From positions 1-28,859 of IMG/VR virus record IMGVR_UViG_3300007255_000006: DNA of 28,859 bases; one strand, given 5' to 3'. The translations under genes and the position numbers were made by a program. Of this stretch, positions 23,486-28,859 are shown piece by piece; within the stretch, counting starts at the first letter, position 1; each line of letters starts with the position of its first letter. A model generated the notes under the pieces. The model was not told the origin of the DNA. It did not search any database and saw only the letters and a program-made list of their open reading frames with translations. Origin of the DNA: a virus. Taxonomy: Duplodnaviria; Caudoviricetes.

Positions 23486-24761
23486 TACTGGCGTAGCAGA
23501 TAAGCCTGCCGGTTCTGCTAGTAAACAATCTGCTGAGGATGTTGCTGATTTCTTTAATCTAGAAGATGATACTAGTAAAGTTAAGATTCCTGCTAAGGGT
23601 GATAAGAGTGATAAAGAAGAGATTGAAGAGGAAGATGCTGATATTGAAATTAAGGAAGATGAAGAAGAGGAAGAGAAGTTAGATTTAGAGGAAGATAAAG
23701 ATAACAAGGATAAGAAACGTGCTAAACCTGAAGGTGAAGAAGAGGAAATTGAAATAGATGCTCCTCCTAAGAAGAGGGAAATAGCAGCTAAGTATCCTAA
23801 TTTCTTTAAGGAGTTTCCTTTTATTGAAAAGATGATGTTTCGTGATAGACAATATACTGACTTATTCGGCTCATTCGATGATGCAAGAGATGTAGCTGAA
23901 CGAGCACAGGTATTAGATAGATTTGAACAAGATTTGATAAAAGGTAATACTGAGACTGTTCTTGCTCAAATTAAGAATAATGACAAGAAAGCTTTTGATA
24001 AGATTGTAGATTCTTATCTTCCTGCTCTAGCTAAGGTAGATAAAGAAGCTTACTTTGAAGTAGTTGGTAACATCGGTAAACATATGATTCACGAATTATC
24101 TCAGGAAGCTAGAAATATTATTGGTAGTAATAAAGAAGCTGGTGAAGCACTACATAATGCTGCTCTAACTCTTAATCAGTTTTTGTTTGGCACTAGCAAC
24201 TATACACCTCCTAAGCCAAGAGTTGAAAAAGTTAATGAGCAAGATGAAGAGTTGGAAAGAGAACGAACCAACTTCGTTAGGGAGAGGTTCGAGACTTCAA
24301 GAGGTGACTTGCAAACTCGTGTTGATAATACACTTAAAGCCACTATCAGTGAATATATAGATCGTAGTGGAGAGATGAGTTCCTATATTAAGAAGAATGC
24401 TATTCGCGATGCTTTGAATATGTTGCATCAGAATATTGGCAATGATACTTCTTTTAGAAAGAATCTTGACAGGCTTTGGGAGTCTGCGTTTAACGACAGA
24501 TTCTCACGCAGTTCATTAGATAGAATTAGGTCTACATATTTGGGTAAAGCCAAGCAGTTGCTCCCATCTGTAATCAAGAAGGCCAGAGCGGAAGCTCTAA
24601 AAGACTCCTCACCTCGAAAAAGTGAGGATAAAGAAGAGAAGGAAGATAAGGAAGAACGTCCTCGTAGAGGACCAATTGAATCTGGCCGTCCGCGCCAATC
24701 AGGCGGAAAAAACAAAATAGAGAAGGGTGAATCCGTCTTGGAATTCTTCTCTAGAGATTAA
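23463..24761 (+). CDS. capsid scaffolding protein
   Basis: Very acidic N-terminus, helical core and charged tail; between portal and capsid genes. Confidence 0.65.
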   Translation: MPDLPSSNTGVADKPAGSASKQSAEDVADFFNLEDDTSKVKIPAKGDKSDKEEIEEEDADIEIKEDEEEEEKLDLEEDKDNKDKKRAKPEGEEEEIEIDAPPKKREIAAKYPNFFKEFPFIEKMMFRDRQYTDLFGSFDDARDVAERAQVLDRFEQDLIKGNTETVLAQIKNNDKKAFDKIVDSYLPALAKVDKEAYFEVVGNIGKHMIHELSQEARNIIGSNKEAGEALHNAALTLNQFLFGTSNYTPPKPRVEKVNEQDEELERERTNFVRERFETSRGDLQTRVDNTLKATISEYIDRSGEMSSYIKKNAIRDALNMLHQNIGNDTSFRKNLDRLWESAFNDRFSRSSLDRIRSTYLGKAKQLLPSVIKKARAEALKDSSPRKSEDKEEKEDKEERPRRGPIESGRPRQSGGKNKIEKGESVLEFFSRD

Positions 24762-24790
24762 TCGTTTTTCCACCCGAGAGGTGATTGGAT

Positions 24791-26044
24791 ATGCCTCCTG
24801 TTATTGAATCTCAGGTAGCCGGAACAGAACTTGAAAGAGTTCTGCCGAAAGTGCAAGTTGTATATGAAAGTGATGATCACTTCTATTCAAATGTTAAGAA
24901 ACGTGATGTTGAAGTAGTAAGCTTTCGAGAGATGAGAGCACCACTGGAATTGAGGCCTGGTGGCAGATTCCAGTATTTCAATCCTAACGGTGGAGACCTT
25001 GGTCGAGGTGGTGGTCCTACTTGGGATAAGGCCGTTCTTAGGCCAGTATTTCTTTCAGAGAATATTGAATATACCAAGCTAACTCAGTGGTCTACTGATG
25101 ATAAACGTAAGGCAGTTATTAATGCTGTCCGACGACTTACTGCTGGAGCACTCATTGAACTGCGTAGGCAGATTGATGCTCAGCTTCAGCAGCCTGGAAC
25201 TGGACAGATTGGAACTATTACATCTGTAACCACCTCTGGTGGAGTAGATACATATACTTTAACTACTGATGGATTTGGTGCTCGTCTTATGAGACCTGAT
25301 CAGGTTGTCCAGGTGTATGATGCTACTATGGCTACTTTTAGAGGTAAAGGTGTAGTTACTATGTGGGATGTAGAGAATAAACAGATTAGCGTCACACCTG
25401 CCGTTGCTGGTGCAGCCGCTACTGATGTATTGATTACTGATGGACTTAGTTCACCTACTTCACTGCCAGCTCTATATGGTGTTCCATATCATCACTCTAA
25501 TGCTTCTGTTGGCACCTGGCTTGGGTTTGATCGTAGCATCACTCCCGAAATCAGAAGCAACAGAGTTAATGCTGGTAATAACCCTCTAACACTTCCACTG
25601 CCTAGACTGGCTATTAACAAGATTGGTAATAGAGTTGGAATGGACAATAACTTCAAGTGCGATGCTTGGACCCATCCGGCCCAGCAGCAGGCATATGAAG
25701 AAATTGGACAGCTAGTTTCTATCATTCATAAAGGGCCAAAAGAAGAGGCCTTGAATATGTATTTCGGCGATAACATGCAGCTCGCAGGAGCACCTGTTAA
25801 GCCACACTTTAACTGGAATAGGACTCGTATCGACTTCGTTGTTAATTCTGTATGGGGCCGTGCAGAGATTCTGCCTATTGGATTCTACACATCAGATGGA
25901 CGCAGGATTTTCGAATTGCGTGGACCATCTGGTGGTGTAGCAACCGCTGATATCTTCTATATGGTAGTTGGATTTCAGACGTTCGTTCTGAATCCTGCTG
26001 CGACTGCCTATATTGATCTCCTTGCTGTTCCCTCTGGATATTAG
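24791..26044 (+). CDS. major capsid protein
   Basis: 417 aa; GAGAGGTG Shine-Dalgarno; position after scaffold; C-terminal NPAATAYIDLLAVP typical of HK97-fold coat proteins. Confidence 0.8.
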   Translation: MPPVIESQVAGTELERVLPKVQVVYESDDHFYSNVKKRDVEVVSFREMRAPLELRPGGRFQYFNPNGGDLGRGGGPTWDKAVLRPVFLSENIEYTKLTQWSTDDKRKAVINAVRRLTAGALIELRRQIDAQLQQPGTGQIGTITSVTTSGGVDTYTLTTDGFGARLMRPDQVVQVYDATMATFRGKGVVTMWDVENKQISVTPAVAGAAATDVLITDGLSSPTSLPALYGVPYHHSNASVGTWLGFDRSITPEIRSNRVNAGNNPLTLPLPRLAINKIGNRVGMDNNFKCDAWTHPAQQQAYEEIGQLVSIIHKGPKEEALNMYFGDNMQLAGAPVKPHFNWNRTRIDFVVNSVWGRAEILPIGFYTSDGRRIFELRGPSGGVATADIFYMVVGFQTFVLNPAATAYIDLLAVPSGY

Positions 26045-26059
26045 AAAGGATTTAGCCAG

Positions 26060-26383
26060 ATGCCTGACCTGAGCTTCCAGGACATTTCAACTGTCCAGAG
26101 CGATAAGCAACCTACACCTAAGACTATTGCCTCCGCGGCTACTATCACTCCTACTGGATTTCTAACATTCGTAACTGGAACTGTTCAAGTAGCTACTATT
26201 ACACCTCCTGTATCTGGAGCTCATATGTTGGTATTTGTCTTTACTAATGCTTCACCTGGAGCATTGCTTACTACTGGTAACATTCAAAGGGCTGCACAGC
26301 CTGTTCAGAATGTTCCAGTTATATTCGTGTATGATCCTACAACTGCCAAGTATTGGGTTGGTGCTGTCAGTGCAGTAGTGTAA
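26060..26383 (+). CDS. putative capsid decoration protein, paralog 1
   Basis: Directly after the capsid gene; TIASAATI...VTGT.QV.TI motif shared with the next gene. Confidence 0.5.
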   Translation: MPDLSFQDISTVQSDKQPTPKTIASAATITPTGFLTFVTGTVQVATITPPVSGAHMLVFVFTNASPGALLTTGNIQRAAQPVQNVPVIFVYDPTTAKYWVGAVSAVV

Positions 26384-26388
26384 CACAA

Positions 26389-26427
26389 TTGAGTGGGAGG
26401 TAGAGCGGGGTCTTACCTCTCACTCAA
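26389..26427 (+). terminator. strong hairpin after the capsid and decoration genes, no U tract
   Basis: TTGAGTGGGAGGTA/TACCTCTCACTCAA inverted repeat. Confidence 0.6.
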
Positions 26428-26453
26428 CTAAATGGAATCTGGTGGAGGATGGA

Positions 26454-26747
26454 ATGATTCCAGGAATGCAGAGTCGGACTACAGAAGAGACAGTTGCTTC
26501 TGCAACTCAGATAGCCGTCAAGGCAGACTTAGTTCGTATCACTGGTGCTACTCAGGTTGATACTATTAGATCACCACTTATGGTTGATCGTGGTGGGCTT
26601 ATAATCTTCATAACTCCTACTGATGGTAATATCGTATTAGGGACTGGTGGAAATATTCTTGCAGGAGCTACTCTAATTCAGAATAGACTACATACACTTG
26701 TCTATAGTTCTACGGCTGGCAAGTGGTATATTCACGGAGTTGTGTAA
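26454..26747 (+). CDS. putative capsid decoration protein, paralog 2
   Basis: TVASATQI...ITGATQVDTI...GGNI...LVY....KWY aligns with paralog 1; GGAGG before ATG at 26454. Confidence 0.5.
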   Translation: MIPGMQSRTTEETVASATQIAVKADLVRITGATQVDTIRSPLMVDRGGLIIFITPTDGNIVLGTGGNILAGATLIQNRLHTLVYSSTAGKWYIHGVV

Positions 26748-26748
26748 G

Positions 26749-26955
26749 TTGGCAAAAACAACTCCTGATGAATCTGTTGTATTTCCTAAGCCTAAGATGC
26801 CTACTAAGCCTAAAGATGGAACAGTTGTATGGGCAACTGAATTAAATCCTGATAAGCCATTAGAATATTGCCAAAGAGTTCTAGCAGAGCATGGTGGGTT
26901 AGAATCCAACATTCCAATTGGACATGACTATTGGAGAGTTAAGAGGAACATCTAA
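26749..26955 (+). CDS. hypothetical protein (TTG start proposed)
   Basis: GGAG upstream; revised start avoids overlap; TAATG coupling to the next gene. Confidence 0.6.
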   Translation: MAKTTPDESVVFPKPKMPTKPKDGTVVWATELNPDKPLEYCQRVLAEHGGLESNIPIGHDYWRVKRNI

Positions 26956-27143
26956 TGCCAACAGATAGACTTCAAAGTGAGATTGCTGTAGGACAGATAG
27001 TTAATGTTCCTATTGTTGTTACTTCCGTAGGTGGAACTACTGCACAACCAACTATTACTGGAGCTACTAAGCATAAGAACTTTGCTGGATCTAATACTTC
27101 TATCGGACCTGTGGATGCAATTCAAGTTGTTGTAGATCACTGA
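26955..27143 (+). CDS. small hypothetical protein
   Basis: GAGGA Shine-Dalgarno; translationally coupled. Confidence 0.7.
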   Translation: MPTDRLQSEIAVGQIVNVPIVVTSVGGTTAQPTITGATKHKNFAGSNTSIGPVDAIQVVVDH

Positions 27144-27144
27144 G

Positions 27145-27699
27145 ATGGAACTAGTCGAACCTATTGATCGTATTAACCAGCAATTACAGAGAGAATTTGG
27201 TGTAGAGCCTGATGGTAGTCCACGATGGAGAGTAGTATGGTCTGAAGACATGATTGAAAAGCGCGAGATGACCCATACAGATGAAGGATGGGAGCTATTA
27301 TATCCTGAGGTTAGGGAGGTCAGAAAGTATCAACATATTACAGAAAGATACATCCTAGAGAGACAAGTTCCAGTTTTTGGACAGACTGATCTAGTTACTA
27401 AGACTAGTTACGAGCCAGCATGGACATTTCAAGATAGACATGGAGAATATCTTCCTCCTTATTTTGATGGCTGTAAACTTATTATTGAATCCATATTTGA
27501 TCAGGTTAAGAGTGCTGGCCATCATAAGAAGTATAAGGATGAGAAGGCTACTAAAGAAGCTAAGCTTAAAGAGATTGCAGATATGGAATTTAAATTATTT
27601 GGTAATGAAACTCCAGCCGGTGATGCCTTAGCACATCGCTATGGAGTTACTGACTTCAATCAGAAAGTCAATATTCCTGCTCATGACGAGCAAAAGTGA
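27145..27699 (+). CDS. hypothetical protein
   Basis: Co-oriented ORF abutting neighbours. Confidence 0.8.
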   Translation: MELVEPIDRINQQLQREFGVEPDGSPRWRVVWSEDMIEKREMTHTDEGWELLYPEVREVRKYQHITERYILERQVPVFGQTDLVTKTSYEPAWTFQDRHGEYLPPYFDGCKLIIESIFDQVKSAGHHKKYKDEKATKEAKLKEIADMEFKLFGNETPAGDALAHRYGVTDFNQKVNIPAHDEQK

Positions 27700-27705
27700 G
27701 GCATA

Positions 27706-28404
27706 ATGAGCAATGTAGGCTCTCGACAAGTAGGTGAGTTTATCATACCTAGACCAATGATTCGCACTCTTAGAAATCCTATGGATATAGCGACTATTGT
27801 TAGTATCTATCCTAAAGAAATTAATGAGGTTAAAGAGACTATTCAGCCTGGTAGATTCAAGATTCCTGCTGGAAGTTATAGCAATCCATCTATAGTTGCA
27901 ATTCCTCCTAGCTCATGGTGGAAGGACAACGATATTGAGCAACCACTATTGGAGATTCCAGTATCAGCAGTCCAAATTGCTCAGTCTCTTATTGTTGATT
28001 ATTGCAATGGTATGCTTGCATGTGATATGGCAGGTTCTATGCCAGGGCTATTCTTCGTTCCTGGAGATATTTCAAAAGAGAAGATTATGACTGATTACAA
28101 GATTAAACTTGCTGAGACTAAGAGTAAGCAGGATAATTGGTATAAGATTCTAGTTCGTCTTGCTAATAGTCTATGGGCTCGTAGTAATGGTAATCCACTA
28201 GTTATTTGGGATGAGATGCGTATGGCTGCTTCAGAATTAGGACTTGAAAATGTGCCGTGGCTTAAGATGGAAGTTCAGATGGAAATGATTAGATGCTTTG
28301 CTTGTGGAACACTAAAGAATCCTGATTTTCCTATCTGTGCAACTTGTAGAAATGTAGATATGTCTCATCCTAGAGCAAAGGACATCAAACTGGCAGCAGG
28401 ATAA
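27706..28404 (+). CDS. hypothetical protein with C-terminal zinc ribbon
   Basis: CFAC...CATC; GAGG Shine-Dalgarno. Confidence 0.8.
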   Translation: MSNVGSRQVGEFIIPRPMIRTLRNPMDIATIVSIYPKEINEVKETIQPGRFKIPAGSYSNPSIVAIPPSSWWKDNDIEQPLLEIPVSAVQIAQSLIVDYCNGMLACDMAGSMPGLFFVPGDISKEKIMTDYKIKLAETKSKQDNWYKILVRLANSLWARSNGNPLVIWDEMRMAASELGLENVPWLKMEVQMEMIRCFACGTLKNPDFPICATCRNVDMSHPRAKDIKLAAG

Positions 28405-28405
28405 G

Positions 28406-28859
28406 ATGGCAACTTGGACTAGCATGTTAGGTAGGAGTGCTGCTGCTCTTCTGAACGATGCAGATAGAGCAGTCTATACTGATGTAGTGCTACTACCATA
28501 TCTAAACATTACTTTATCGGAGCTGCAAGAGATATTTGAATTAAACAATATACCAGTTACAAACAATCATTCGGCTACTATAGCCGTCCCGACTGGTGTA
28601 ACTACTATTGGATTTACCACTGTTCCTGCTCTACCAGTCGATTTGGTAGAGATTCAAGAGCTATTTGAGAGTCAGACTGGGCAGAATAACTGGATTCCTG
28701 TAACTAAGAAGGAGTTTCTAACTGCTTCAATTCTTGGCTCTACACCTATTAGTATGTTTGGTATCTGGGCTTGGATGAATCAACAAATTACTCTTAGAGC
28801 AGCCCTTAATCCCATCGATTTGAGACTTAACTATATTAGATCTCTATTTATTGAGCTAA
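28406..28859 (+). CDS. putative head-tail adaptor, truncated by window edge (MATWTSMLGRSAAALLNDADRAVYTDVVLLPYLN...)
   Basis: Frame open to the end of the window; L.D......TD..L..YLN and LP.D motifs resemble adaptor proteins. Confidence 0.55.
   Translation, partial: MATWTSMLGRSAAALLNDADRAVYTDVVLLPYLNITLSELQEIFELNNIPVTNNHSATIAVPTGVTTIGFTTVPALPVDLVEIQELFESQTGQNNWIPVTKKEFLTASILGSTPISMFGIWAWMNQQITLRAALNPIDLRLNYIRSLFIEL

Noticed and set aside
1-28859. Stop-codon reassignment
   Set aside because: Long genes translate intact with the standard code, and TAG, TAA and TGA all serve as stops

Overview
A 28.9 kb piece of a tailed dsDNA phage genome with two divergent arms. The minus-strand arm (1-16020) carries early and replication genes: a DUF3987-like P-loop ATPase, a uracil-DNA-glycosylase/family A DNA polymerase fusion with His at the Pol I F762 position, a DUF669-like SSB, an AAA_24/Sak4-like ATPase, a Cas4-like PD-(D/E)XK nuclease, an SNF2 helicase and many small ORFs. 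The plus-strand arm (16441-28859) carries morphogenesis genes: a TerS candidate, holin-like proteins, TerL, a P22-like portal, scaffold, major capsid, two paralogous decoration-like proteins and a truncated adaptor. The 13.4-16.4 kb control region has four near-consensus sigma70 promoters and a candidate origin (two inverted 10-bp-period repeat arrays around a 30-bp A/T-only core). The main finding is two type II hammerhead-ribozyme folds (13487-13542 and 14802-14874, minus strand) with covarying stems. In each, the Shine-Dalgarno sequence of the next gene runs into stem II, which suggests translation gated by self-cleavage. One sits in front of an unannotated 30-aa hydrophobic peptide. I saw no integrase, endolysin, primase, tRNA or CRISPR array. 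All product calls come from reading motifs and gene order by eye; no database searches or folding programs were run.
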